The translations under genes were made by a program, and so were the position numbers. Positions 37,579 to 50,430 of a DNA stretch of 64,000 bases are shown one piece after another (within the stretch, counting starts at the first letter, position 1; the number at the start of each line of letters is the position of its first letter). Source of the DNA: Eledone cirrhosa (lineage: Eukaryota). The notes below the pieces were generated by a model. That model was not told the origin of the DNA and ran no database searches. It worked only from the letters and a program-made list of their open reading frames with translations. The stretch spans positions 43,772,001 to 43,836,000 of the forward strand of contig OZ024757.1 in the NCBI GenBank assembly GCA_964016885.1, given 5' to 3'.

Positions 37579-39525
37579 TCATAACGGTACGCGATGGGAC
37601 CCACCCACAGCCCCGGCGGACAGAATGGAGAAGGCGTTTCCCCGGAGCACGGCAAGGGAAACGCGCTGGAAAAGCCACTCCAACTCGCGGGGCTCACACC
37701 TGCGGCTGGCCAGCTCAGCGCCTATGGTGGTGAGTAAGGAGGTAGCCCTGGGGCCGAGGACACCAGAAGTCTCCACTTCCAGGGGTACGACCGCAAACCT
37801 GTCGGAGAGTGAACGATATGTGAGGAGTTTGGCCCCCTCAGCCTGACGTGCAGCAGAACCTGGGCCAGTCGCAGACTGCACCAGGTTGCGGCTGCAGAAA
37901 GTGTCGGTGCAAGTGGCATCCCAGACGAGGGGTTTGCCACCGCGGAACGGGAAGATGGTCATGCCATCTAGCCTTTTGCCGTCCCCTCGAGCTGGGAAGG
38001 GAAGCCTGCAGCGTCCAAGCCATGCTTAATGACTTCGTTGAGGGCAGCATGGCGTGGATTGCAGGTGGAGGCCGAAAGAGTCCATGGTGGAACGGCAGCG
38101 ACATTGGTGTGAGGCCGAGCCTCAGGGAAACGCCGATGCGCAAGCTATTGTTGTCTAGCTGCGTGCGAGTGGAGAAGGAGGGCAGGGCATGGAGCCAGGC
38201 CCCACTGTGGGGTTTGGAGGCTGCACGAAAACAAACAAGGCGGTGCTGGTCGAGCTGGCACGTGAGCCTGTCTGAGGCCAGGCTGCACTGGATGGCATCC
38301 CAAGTGTGTTGGGGGGGACTTGACGTCAACAGGGGGAGAAGGAGGAGGAACGTCTACTGGGCTAAGTCCCAGCCGGTCCCACGTCTCACAGGCGGCCACG
38401 CGTTCTCTGAACACAGAGGGTTCTGCTGAAGAGGACGTGGTACGAGGTTACCGACGAAAGATATGCCGGCAAAGCTAGTGAGATCGGGGACTGGAGGCGA
38501 AGGCCGCCATACCTGACAGGTAAAGTTGCATATCTCATCGGCTGCTGCTCGGATACAAGTTTAGGTGTAGCACAGAGTGTATAGAGGAGCTTCGGCATGG
38601 CGTAGCAGTTCCTCAGCAGAAAGAGAACTGGGTGGCCATCAATCAAGCCCAGTCGGCTCGTGAGAGTCTGGACTTGATGGAGGAGCGGATGGCCGGCGGG
38701 TGGATCGGTGAGGGCATCCTCTTTGGGGGGTCACCTGAACCTGGCGGAGAATGGACCGCACGTCCAAGACGGAGACTGCAAAGCTTGCAGCATCGAGGCT
38801 GACATTCACCACCTCCGACTTGGCTGAGTTGACCTGGAGGTCGATTCCCGCCAGGGCAGGAACCACCGATTGAAGGTCATGGCAGAACGCCTGTACGGGC
38901 CCACCCAAAGTAGCATCATCCAGATACCAAACGTTGAGAGGGGCCGTTATACTCCAGGCGATGTGGTCAATACCAAGGGTGAACAGGAGGGGTCCCAAAG
39001 GGTTGCCCTGTTGGATCCCAGTAGCCAAGGGTATGACCGTATCAGCAGCATGGCGCATGCTTGGGGCTCCATATGACAGGTAGGCAGAGGGGGCTCGGCT
39101 GAGGCAGGCCTCGAGCAGATGATCCCAGCGTAAAGAGTTGAAGGCATTCCTCATGTCAAACTTGACAATGAGGTGGCTGGAGGCCCTGGATGCCGGTTCC
39201 GAGTGTTACGGACTTGCAGATTACCTTGGCAGCCAGCCTCCGGAAGACATTGCCCACAGCAATGGGGCGTATGCCATCCTCTTTCTTCCTGAGAGCGGTG
39301 AGGCTGGCCGAAAAAAAGAGGCCTCGAGCATAAGAGTCCAGGGCGCCATGGATGAGCCTATTGGTGAGCGCCACAATTGCACTCAGAAGGCGGCGCCCGG
39401 CCTCAGCGGAGAGGGGAGATATCAACTCCTTGAGGAGGCCTGGTCAGAGACCATCAACATCTCCGCAGCTGCTAGCTGGGAAGGACCTGATGGCGGACAT
39501 GATGTCTGCATCAGAAGCCACAAGG
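37579..39525 (-). mobile_element. CRE-like retrotransposon relic (U6)
   Basis: Same motifs; private 20-bp deletion near 38425 (GGTTCTG|CTGAAG). Confidence 0.9.
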
Positions 39526-40177
39526 AGCAAGTGTGGATTACAATACAAAACCTCTGAGAATGATTTCTAAGATATTTCACCATAATTAATTTTCATCAAT
39601 ATATATTAATATTATTATTGTTTATTAGGTCAGGTGGATTGGCCAGAACAATTCTACTCTTCTTTTTTAGATGTCACGATTTTTCATGGCATTCCTGAGA
39701 TCATTAATCTCCAGCTGGAGATCCAGAGACATCTGATGTATGTAGGTGAACCTCAGTCATCCCACTTGGCTCTTACTATGTTTAGGTATCCACCACAGGA
39801 GCCAGCTCATCAGGTCATCCTACCCTCAGCAGCAATGTCCAGCATCTATTGATTTCCGCTCCCTAGTTATTGTGGTAATCTTCGATATCTGGGAATATAT
39901 TTCTTCTGCTTAAGGGAGTAATAAATATATAGTTTTAAAAAAAACATATATATACACACACATATATATATGTTGTCATTTATAAGAGTTCTCTATCAAA
40001 AGCCTTCTCTATGTCCAAAGCTAAGTATAGTGGCTTATTTTTCTCTAAGAACCTCTTTTGTAGTTGTCTCACTAAGAAGAGGGCATCTGTTGCACTTTTC
40101 AGCGGCACAAAACCAAACTGCATCTCATACACATACATACATATACATACATACATACATATACACATACATACATA

Positions 40178-40532
40178 CATCATCATCATCATCATCATCA
40201 TCATTTCGTTTTAAGTCCGCTTTTTCCCTGCTTGTAAGGGTGGGACGGGAACTGATTCTGGCTTGATTTCTACAGCTGGATGCCCTTCCTAACACCAACC
40301 TCATTTACAGTGAGTGCTGAGTGCTTTTTTGCCGTGGCACCTCCACGACCACTTTGCAGTGGAATGATATTGACCCCAGTCCCTATCATCTCATTTCTAC
40401 AGCTGAGTAAACTGGAGCAATGTGAAATAAAGTGTCTTGCTCAAGGAAACAACACATCACCCGGTCTGAGAATTGAACTCACAACCTTTCGATTGCCAGG
40501 CCAATGCTCGAACCACTAAGCCATGTGCCTCC
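40178..40532 (-). mobile_element. Same SINE (U7)
   Basis: Near-identical to 911-1264. Confidence 0.88.
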
Positions 40533-41548
40533 ATATACATATACATATACATATACATACACATACATATATATATACATACATACATATATACACATAC
40601 ATACATACACATACATACACATATACATACATATACATACATAGATATATATATATACATAATATAAATATACATACATACACATACATAAGCATATACA
40701 CATAAGTATATATACATATACACACGTATATATACATATACATACATACATATATACACATACATACATATATACATACATACACACATATATACATATA
40801 CACATACATACATATACATACATATACACATACATACATATATATATATACATACACACACATATATACATACACACACATATATACAAACACATACATA
40901 TACACATATATACACATACATATACACATATACACTCATATATACATATACATACATACACACACATACATACATATATACATATACATACATAAAGACA
41001 AATCCACCTCATGGACGAGAATGCAAGGGCTCCTCCTCTTTGTTTCGGCCGCGGATGGCTAACCCTAACCCCATCCCCGCTCCCCACCGCTCCCAACCTC
41101 CAAACGCAATCCAAAACTTCAGAGTTGGTACCATTAATGTAGGCACCTTATAGGGTGGCTCTAACGAGGTTGTAGAAATGCTTGAACGTAAGGAGGTCGA
41201 TGTTTGTTGTATTCAAGAGACCAGGTGGAGGGGTGGGTCTGCTAGATTCATCGTGGGTAAAGAACGATGCTATACGCTTTTCTGTGTGGCAAATGACAAT
41301 GGGCTGGGTATACACATACCACCCCACCACCCCACCGCAAAGTGGTCGTGGAGGCGCCGCGGCAAAAAAGCACCCAGCCCACACTGTAAAGCTGACGTGG
41401 AGGTGCCACGGAAAAAAAAAAGCACCCAGCACTCACTGCAAACGGGGTTGGCGTCAGGAAGGGCACCCAGCTGTAGAAACCTATCCAGAATCAGCTCCCA
41501 CCCCACCCTTGCAAGCATGGAAAAGCGGACGTATTATGAAGTTGATAT

Positions 41549-41591
<43 letters not shown>

Positions 41592-41634
41592 TATATATAT
41601 ACACATATATATATATACACACATATATATCAGT

Positions 41635-44600
41635 CATCATCATCACCGTTTTACGTCCGTTCTTCCACGCTAGCATGGGTTAGACGGGTTGTCCTGTTGT
41701 GGGCAGTGTCTGGTCGGCTGACCATGCCTTGCTCATACAGGAACTGATCTGGCTTGATTTCTACAGCTGGATGCCCTTCCTAACACCAACCTCATTTACA
41801 GTGAGTGCTGGGTGCTTTTTCGTGGCGCCTACACGTCCACTTTACAGTGTGGGCTGGGTGCTTTTTTGCCGTGGCACCTCCACGACCACCTTGCGGTGGG
41901 GGGAGGGGGGGGGGGCATATTGTTTATATGCTTCAGCATGTACCCATGGGAGGTCGGGTACCCTGTATTACTGCGTGACGCCAGAAGTCACGGTCGTGTG
42001 TCATTGACTTTGAGAGGTGTAGTTGGGTAAGGTCGGCTTTTATCACCTCATCCCAAGTCATCTTGGGTCTCCCCACTCCGCGGTTTCCATCAACTTCTAG
42101 TGCTCTGCACCTTTTTATGCAGCTGTCATCCTTCATACGCATCACATGTCCATACCAGCGTAACCGCCTCTCCTGCACGCAGCATTTGATTCCTCTTATG
42201 CTCAGTCTCTCTCTCAATTCATTTATGCTTTGTCGTTCACGTATATTACTGTTACACATCCATCGGAGCATGCAGGCTTCGTTTCTCTCTAATCTACGTA
42301 GGTCTTCCACCTTCAGCGCCCAGGTCTCACTACCATGCAACATCGCTGTTCGGATACACACATCATACAGTCTGCCTTTCATTCTGAGGGAGAAGCCTTT
42401 TGCAGCTAGCAGTGGTAGTAGTTCCCTAAACTTCTTCCATCCCGTTCTTACCCTAGTTATTGTACTTTCTGAGCACCCACCTCCGTTGCTAATTCGGTCA
42501 CCTAGGTAGCAGAAGCTGTCTACTGTTTCTACAGGGCCCTCCCAGAGATTGGTGGTACTTGTTTCCTGTGGCTGTTTGCTTGCTGTTTCAGCACAGCTGC
42601 TGCATGTGAATCCTACATTCTTAATTAAGCTTCCTGAGATCCCGCTACATCTCTTGTGTACCCATTGTTTGCATTTGGGGCAAAGAATGGAGTTCCTACC
42701 TACACCTTTCCTACATACTGAGCAAGGCCATTTCCCTGAGGGGATCTGGGTTCTGTTTTCTCGTCTACTTATAAGGACCTTAGTCTTTGTCATGTTGACT
42801 TTGAGGCCCTTTCTCTCTAGTCCCTGCTTCCAGGTTTGGAATTTATTCTCTAGTTCTACCATAGATTCAGCTATGAGTGCGAGGTCATCAGCATACAGGA
42901 GTTCCCATGGGCATCCGGTCTTAAACTCCTCCGTTATTGCCTGCAGGACTATGATGAACAGGAGAGGGCTAAGAACAGAGCCCTGGTGGACCCCAACCTG
43001 TACGCTAAATTCCTCGCTATACTCATTGCCAATCCTAACTTTGCTGACTGCTCCCCTATACATGGCTTGTACTGCTTTCACAAGCCATTCATCTACTCCT
43101 AGTTTTCTAAGAGCCCACCAGATTACTGCACGTGGAACTCTGTCAAAGGCTTTCTCAAGGTCGACAAATGCCAAGTAGAGTGGCTTACTTTTAGCTAGGT
43201 ACTTTTCCTGTAATTGCCTCACAAGGAAGAGCGCATCAGTGGTGCCTTTCCCTGGTACAAACCCAAATTGCATCTCGTCTATATTCACCCGGTCCCTAAT
43301 CAGCTGTGCTATAACTCTTTCTGTTACTTTCATGACCTGGTCCATCAACTTTATACCTCTATAGTTTCCTCTATCTAGTGCATCGCCTTTACCTTTGTAG
43401 CAGTTGACAATGATGCTACTGCACCAATCTTTTGGTATGGCCCCCTCTAGTATTACCTGGTTAACGATACGTGTGGTTATAGTGTGACCTACAGACCCAG
43501 ATGCCTTCAGCATCTCGGCAGCTATACCCGATGGACCGGTTGCCTTCCCTATCTTCATATCTCTGATTGCCTTACTTACTACGCTGCCGCTGACTTGTAC
43601 TGCTGGTCCCTCTATAGGGTCTACGTGGGGTAGGGTCTCTTCTTCCCATGCATTCTCCTCATTTAGTAATCTATCATAATGACTCTTCCATGCATCTTTC
43701 TTCTCAGCACTTGTGAGGGCAAGCTCACCTTTATCATTCCGGATACACTTCTCTCCAATGACATCACAACTATCTCTGACACACTGCCTCGCAATCTTGA
43801 ATACCTCCTGTTTCTGGTCCTCACGTTGTAAAACATGCTTGAATTTTCTATCCTCTGCTTCCCTCCTAGCTAAGTATACTTGTCGCCTAGCTTCCCTCTT
43901 GGTCTCTATGTAATGTACCCTGCTCCCCCCGTTCTTCCATTCTTTCCATGCCTGTCTCTTGGCCTTGACTGCTTCATCTACCTTATTGTTCCACCACCAA
44001 GTCACTCTCCTCCTGCTTGAGGTCTTACTCCAGCCACAAACCTCATCCGTCGCCTCTAGTAAGTTATTTTTTAGGAACTCCCAGTTCTCTTCTACGTTAA
44101 ATGTCTCTATCTGTTCTTCTTTACTGTCGTAGGCGTTGAGTAAAATATCTTTAAATCTGTTACTGGTTGAGGGGACTTTCAGCTTCCAGATCTTTCTTCT
44201 CCAGGTTGGCCTCTGTTTCAGGGCTCGTCTAGTTCTGACCGTGAGGTCGCTGACAACTAAGCTATGTTGGGATGTACATTCCTCACTAGGGAAGGCTTTT
44301 GTGTTTACGACCGTCCATCTGTCACGTCCTCTGATGAGGATAAAATCTAACTGACTAGAGTGCTCCCCTGATCTATAGGTGATCAGGTGGTTGTCGGGTT
44401 TTTTAAAGTTTGTGTTACATATCGACATGTCATTGGCGTCGCAGAATTCTAGAAGTCTGAATCCTTCCTCATTCCTTGTGCCAACTCCATGGCCTCCATG
44501 TACTCTATTGAAGCCGTCGCAGTGTTTACCTACGTGTCCGTTAAAATCTCCTGCAATGATTAGGAAGTCCTTGTCGTCTGTTAGAGCAGTAGTGTGTATT

Positions 44601-44685
44601 AGGGACTCGTAAAACCTATCCTTAAGTTCGTCTGGCAGCCCCGATTGGGGTGCGTAAGCTGATATTATTGTGGTAATTGTCTTAT
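41635..44685 (-). mobile_element. Young RTE LINE insertion (family A), 5'-truncated, TCAGT duplication
   Basis: Inserted at unit site ATATCAGT|GTAC; TCAGT at 41630-41634 and 44686-44690; (GAT)n tail at 41635-41645; absent from other units. Confidence 0.96.
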
Positions 44686-44689
44686 TCAG
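41933..44689 (-). CDS. RTE ORF (partial APE endonuclease, RT with internal PHD finger, C-terminal domain); frame open from the truncation point, first ATG at 44428
   Basis: 831-aa ORF extends 87 codons upstream without stops: LNKTITTIISAYAPQSG...IIAGDFNGHVG...RNEEGFRLLEFC; SQLDFIL, SQH; YADD; RRLRWYGHVMR. Confidence 0.9.
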   Translation of the reverse strand: MNKTITTIISAYAPQSGLPDELKDRFYESLIHTTALTDDKDFLIIAGDFNGHVGKHCDGFNRVHGGHGVGTRNEEGFRLLEFCDANDMSICNTNFKKPDNHLITYRSGEHSSQLDFILIRGRDRWTVVNTKAFPSEECTSQHSLVVSDLTVRTRRALKQRPTWRRKIWKLKVPSTSNRFKDILLNAYDSKEEQIETFNVEENWEFLKNNLLEATDEVCGWSKTSSRRRVTWWWNNKVDEAVKAKRQAWKEWKNGGSRVHYIETKREARRQVYLARREAEDRKFKHVLQREDQKQEVFKIARQCVRDSCDVIGEKCIRNDKGELALTSAEKKDAWKSHYDRLLNEENAWEEETLPHVDPIEGPAVQVSGSVVSKAIRDMKIGKATGPSGIAAEMLKASGSVGHTITTRIVNQVILEGAIPKDWCSSIIVNCYKGKGDALDRGNYRGIKLMDQVMKVTERVIAQLIRDRVNIDEMQFGFVPGKGTTDALFLVRQLQEKYLAKSKPLYLAFVDLEKAFDRVPRAVIWWALRKLGVDEWLVKAVQAMYRGAVSKVRIGNEYSEEFSVQVGVHQGSVLSPLLFIIVLQAITEEFKTGCPWELLYADDLALIAESMVELENKFQTWKQGLERKGLKVNMTKTKVLISRRENRTQIPSGKWPCSVCRKGVGRNSILCPKCKQWVHKRCSGISGSLIKNVGFTCSSCAETASKQPQETSTTNLWEGPVETVDSFCYLGDRISNGGGCSESTITRVRTGWKKFRELLPLLAAKGFSLRMKGRLYDVCIRTAMLHGSETWALKVEDLRRLERNEACMLRWMCNSNIRERQSINELRERLSIRGIKCCVQERRLRWYGHVMRMKDDSCIKRCRALEVDGNRGVGRPKMTWDEVIKADLTQLHLSKSMTHDRDFWRHAVIQGTRPPMGTC

Positions 44690-46494
44690 TGTACATATAT
44701 ATATACATATATATATATATAAATGAATATTTATTCAATTTAAAGCGCCAATTATCTATATATAACAAGATATGAATTTTTCTAGGGATGGGGAAATTTT
44801 CAGTTTGTTTTTATATTTTCACTTCATTTTTTACTTTCTATTTAATACAGTCTTTGATCCAATATAATCCTGACAGTATTTGAACCAGTTTACCTCATAT
44901 ATATGTATGCACACACAACACTCAAGTTTCGCCATCTACTGCTATTTCATCCATATTTATTGTTTAATTAACTCTGGTCTAATTCATCAACTATTGTTAA
45001 TTATATTATTACGTAGATTTCTTATAAAATCTAGTGCATATATACGTGTATATATACAGGGAGACACTGTAATAGATGTAAAGAGAGTGGGAGATAGAGT
45101 TATAGAAGTAAAGAGAGGGGGAGAACTAAGCGGTAGATAGAGTAATAGATGTAAAGAGAGGGTTAGAACGTTCAACTTGACAGTCAGTACAATGTTCAGC
45201 ATGGTAGCCAGTACATATGCCAACTACCCAACCGGCCAGCCAGCCGCATATGCGGTTGACTGGCCAGTTGGGCGGTTGGTATGTGGAACGTTCAACTACG
45301 CAGTCAGTACCAAAGTACAACATTGTAGCCAGTGCATATGCCGATCGCCGCGCCCTCTTTGCTCTATTTTAATGACCTGGAACTAAGTAAAAAGAGTAGG
45401 AGATAACTCGACAAGAGCGGAGAGGGTGAGATTCGAACCATGTAAAGTCGTTGGCTCCTGAACTTCGTAAGCGGGGCTGCTACTGACTAAGCAGCGCCGG
45501 CAGCAAGGCAAATCGCGCATAAAATAACGCTTATATCGACAAAAAAAAAAAAAAAATTTCAATGTTGCACTCTTGTTTGTTGTTCTTTTATTTTACGTAA
45601 ACATTTCGCTGCTCTAGCCTCTTATTTCCTATTAGATTACACTTAATTCCATTAAACATTCATTCTTAGTCTCGTGGTAAACTATTTCATCTATATTTAT
45701 ATCGCTGTTACAGCCTTTTATTTCTACATCTATCACCTATAGCCACTGTTACGCCGGTAGTATAAGTAGCTTTATAACAAGAAACGATGATATAACTCCA
45801 CAAAATGTCTTCTTCAGCAAGACACTTCACTTCATATTGCTCCAGTACACCGAGTTACACATAGACAGATACATACATACATACACAGATAGAAATGAGA
45901 GGTAGATAGAGTAAAAGATTTAAAGAGAGTGTGAGAAGTACGAGTTAGATAGTGTAAAAGATTTAAAGAGAGGGTGAGAGTGTGACACACATTTATCTGT
46001 CTATATCTCTCTATTTTAACACCGGTCGTTATAATTAGTTTTATAACACCGCTATATTACCGACATGAAAGAGGTAAATAATTATTTCTTAACTGTTTAG
46101 AACATGTTTCTCTTGTCTTCTTAAATGTATAGAACATGTTTCTTATTTATATTCTTAACATAGCTAGGACCTTATCTCATTTACTGGTCTCTACTTTTAG
46201 GACTTTGCTGGTCCCATGTGCCCTCCATAAAGGCACTCTAGTCCCTTCTCTGAGCCCCCGTACTAATTACTACACATACGTATATATATTTATTTTAAGA
46301 AACCTTAATGACAAATAATATAAAGTGTTTGTAAAGTGGGGAAGAGTAGTTTTACGGTGGGGTTGTTATATAGATATCGTTTTTGCAGTGGGGTCGTGAC
46401 TGGCGTATAATAATGAGTCACTGTTGATGTACATACAAATCATGTTTTGGATATAAGTGAAGTTATTTAAGAGATTTAGTTGTTTTGTATACAT

Positions 46495-48252
46495 TCATAA
46501 CGGTACGCGATGGGACCCACAGCCTGACGTGCAGCAGAACCTGGGCCAGTCGCAGACTGCACCAGGTTGCGGCTGCAGAAAGTGTCGGTGCAAGTGGCAT
46601 CCCAGACGAGGGGTTTGCCACCGCGGAACGGGAAGATGGTCATGCCATCTAGCCTTTTGCCGTCCTCTCGAGCTGGGAAGGGAAGCCTGCAGCGTCCAAG
46701 CCATGCTTAATGACTTCGTTGAGGGCAGCATGGCGTGGATTGCGGCTGGCACTGTGGCGACAGGAAAGCGGGTGGAGGCCGAAAGAGTCCATGGTGGAAC
46801 GGCAGCGACATTGGTGTGAGGCCGAGCCTCAGGGAAACGCCGATGCGCAAGCTATTGTTGTCTAGCTGCGTGCGAGTGGAGAAGGAGGGCAGGGCATGGA
46901 GCCAGGCCCCACTGTGGGGTTTGGAGGCTGCACGAAAACAAACAAGGCGGTGCTGGTCGAGCTGGCGCGTGAGCCTGTCTGAGGCCAGGCTGCACTGGAT
47001 GGCATCCCAAGTGTGTTGGGGGGGACTTGACGTCAACAGGGGGAGAAAGAGGAGGAACGTCTACTGGGCTAAGTCCCAGCCGGTCCCACGTCTCACAGGC
47101 GGCCACGCGTTCTCTGAACACAGAGGGTTCTGTTGTGTTTTGAAGAACCCTGCTGAGGAGGACGTGGTACGAGGTTACCGACGAAAGATATGCCGGCAAA
47201 GCTAGTGAGATCGGGGACTGGAGGCGAAGGCCGCCATACCTGACAGGTAAAGTTGCATATCTCATCGGCTGCTTCTCGGATACAAGTTTAGGTGTAGCAC
47301 AGAGTGTATAGAGGAGCTTCGGCATGGCGTAGCAGTTCCTCAGCAGAAAGAGAACTGGGTGGCCATCAATCAAGCCCAGTCGGCTCGTGAGAGTCTGGAC
47401 TTGATGGAGGAGCGGATGGCCGGCGGGTGGATCGGTGAGGGCATCCTCTTTGGGGGGTCACCTGAACCTGGCGGAGAATGGACCGCACGTCCAAGACGGA
47501 GACTGCAAAGCTTGCAGCATCGAGGCTGACATTCACCACCTCCGACTTGGCTGAGTTGACCTGGAGGTCGATTCCCGCCAGGGCAGGAACCACCGATTGA
47601 AGGTCATGGCAGACCGCCTGTACGGGCCCACCCAAAGTAGCATCATCCAGATACCAAACGTTGAGAGGGGCCGTTATACTCCAGGCGATGTGGTCAATAC
47701 CAATGGTGAACAGGAGGGGTCCCAAAGGGTTGCCCTGTTGGATCCCAGTAGCCAAGGGTATGACCGTATCAGCAGCATGGCGCATGCTTGGGGCTCCATA
47801 TGACAGGTAGGCAGAGGGGGCTCGGCTGAGGCAGGCCTCGAGCAGATGATCCCAGCGTAAAGAGTTGAAGGCATTCCTCATGTCAAACTTGACAATGAGG
47901 TGGCTGGAGGCCCTGGATGCCGGTTCCGAGTGTTACGGACTTGCAGATTACCTTGGCAGCCAGCCTCCGGAAGACATTGCCCACAGCAATGGGGCGTATG
48001 CCATCCTCTTTCTTCCTGAGAGCGGTGAGGCTGGCCGAAAAAAAGAGGCCTCGAGCATAAGAGTCCAGGGCGCCATGGATGAGCCTATTGGTGAGCGCCA
48101 CAATTGCACTCAGAAGGCGGCGCCCGGCCTCAGCGGAGAGGGGAGATATGAACTCCTTGAGGAGGCCTGGTCAGAGACCATCAACATCTCCGCAGCTGCT
48201 AGCTGGGAAGGACCTGATGGCGGACATGATGTCTGCATCAGAAGCCACAATG
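46495..48252 (-). mobile_element. CRE-like retrotransposon relic (U7)
   Basis: Same motifs; CCHC knuckle intact (46746-46771 retained); ~235-bp deletion at ~46520 removes the RLE C-terminal half. Confidence 0.9.
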
Positions 48253-48904
48253 AGCAAGTGTGGATTACAATACAAAACCTCTGAGAATGATTTCTAAGAT
48301 ATTTCACCATAATTAATTTTCATCAATATATATTAATATTATTATTGTTTATTAGGTCAGGTGGATTGGCCAGAACAATTCTACTCTTCTTTTTTAGATG
48401 TCACGATTTTTCATGGCATTCCTGAGATCATTAATCTCTAGCTGGAGATCCAGAGACATCTGATATATGTAGGTGAACCTCAGTCATCCCACTTGGGTCT
48501 TACTATGTTTAGGTATCCACCACAGGAGCCAGCTCATCAGGTCATCCTACCCTCAGCAGCAATGTCCAGCATCTTTTGACTTCCGCTCCCTAGTTATTGT
48601 GGTAATCTTCGATATCTGGGAATATATTTCTTCTGCTTAAGGGAGTAATAAATATATAGTTTTAAAAAAAACATATATATACACACACGTATATATATGT
48701 TGTCATTTATAAGAGTTCTCTATCAAAAGCCTTCTCTATGTCCAAAGCTAAGTTTAGTGGCTTATTTTTCTCTAAGAACCTCTTTTGTAGTTGTCTCACT
48801 AAGAAGAGGGCATCTGTTGCACTTTTCAGCGGCACAAAACCAAGCTGCATCTCATACACATACATACATATACATACATACATACATATACACATACATA
48901 CATA

Positions 48905-48943
<39 letters not shown>

Positions 48944-49271
48944 TTCGTTTTAAGTCCGCTTTTTCCCTGCTTGCAAGGGTGGGACGGGAACTGATTCTGG
49001 CTTGATTTCTACAGCTGGATGCCCTTCCTAACACCAACCTCATTTACAGTGAGTGCTGGGTGCTTTTTTGCCGTGGCACCTCCACGACCACTTTGCAGTG
49101 GAATGATATGGACCCTAGTCCCTATCATCTCATTTCTACAGCTGAGTAAACTGGAGCAATGTGAAATAAAGTGTTTTGCTCAAGGAAACAACACATCACC
49201 CGGTCTGAGAATTGAACTCACAACCTTTCGATTGCCAGGCCAATGCTCTAACCACTAAGCCATGTGCCTCC
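48905..49271 (-). mobile_element. Same SINE (U8)
   Basis: Near-identical to 911-1264. Confidence 0.88.
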
Positions 49272-50082
49272 ATATACATATACATACACATACATACATA
49301 CATACACACACATACATACATACATACACATATACATACACATATACATACATATACATACATACATATATATATACATATACATACATACGCATACATA
49401 AGCATATACACAAGTATATATACATATACATACATACATATACATACATACATACACACACACACATACATACACACACACACATATATACACATACATA
49501 CATATATACACATACATACATATATACACATACATACATATATACACATACATACATATATACACATACATATATATATACACATACATATATATATACA
49601 CATACATATATATATACACATACATATATATATACACATACATATATATATACACATACATATATACACACACATACATATATACATACACACATACATA
49701 TTTACATACACACACATATATATATACATACATACACACATATATATATACATACATACACACATATACATACATACACACATATACATACATACACACA
49801 TACATACATACACACATACATACATACACACATATATACATACATACATATACATATACACATATATACACATACATATATACATATACATACATACATA
49901 CACATACATACATACATACACATACATGCATATACATACATGCATATACATACATGCATATACATACATACATACACATACATGCATATACATACGTACA
50001 CATACATAAAGACAAATTCACCTCATGGACGAGAATGCAAGGGCTCCTCTTTGTTTCGGATGGCTAACATAACCCCATCAGA

Positions 50083-50345
50083 AAAAGCCCCCATCAGCCA
50101 GTTTATTCTACTTGTGGCTTGTTCTCCTGCTCAGGCAGTAAAACGATGTGCTTGATTAGCATTTCGTCTGATTTGCTGTTGTTCCTTAATTTGTTGTTCT
50201 CGAGTAGCAGTAGTCCTTTGTTCCCTTTCATCCAAACTGTGTGCTCTTGGTAAAGCTGTTTGGGCTCTGTTAGCAGCTAGACGGGCATGCCAAACTTCTT
50301 CACTTTCTTCAGATCGCTGTATTTTCTTTCTCTTAGCCCTGAAGA
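50083..50345 (-). mobile_element. Possible Helitron RepHel N-terminal (STPR-like) fragment
   Basis: RAKRKKIQRSEESEEVWHARLAANRAQTA...EREQR...*AGEQATSRINWLMGAF resembles E-x-x-E-x-R-x-x-R-L repeats of animal Helitron N-termini; recognised by eye only. Confidence 0.4.
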
Positions 50346-50430
50346 TGACCTTCCATATAATGATCTGGAAGGTTACCGGTATGACAAAAGGCTCAATGCA
50401 AGTTTTCAAGTGTTTTACAGAACCGAGATA

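Larger units (their letters stand above)
1..50078. repeat. Tandem macrosatellite of ~5.9 kb composite TE-derived unit (7 units, 2 of them interrupted, plus partial ends; continues left of window)
   Basis: Landmark ATGGATGAGCCTATTGG recurs at 80, 6000, 15812, 21706, 27623, 33474, 39348, 48075 (spacings 5920, 9812, 5894, 5917, 5851, 5874, 8727); near-identical ORF sets repeat; homology stops at ~50078. Confidence 0.97.

Noticed and set aside
4211-48252. Active CRE element inserting repeatedly in tandem
   Set aside because: All copies share the same truncation point, lesions and flanks, which indicates DNA-level duplication.
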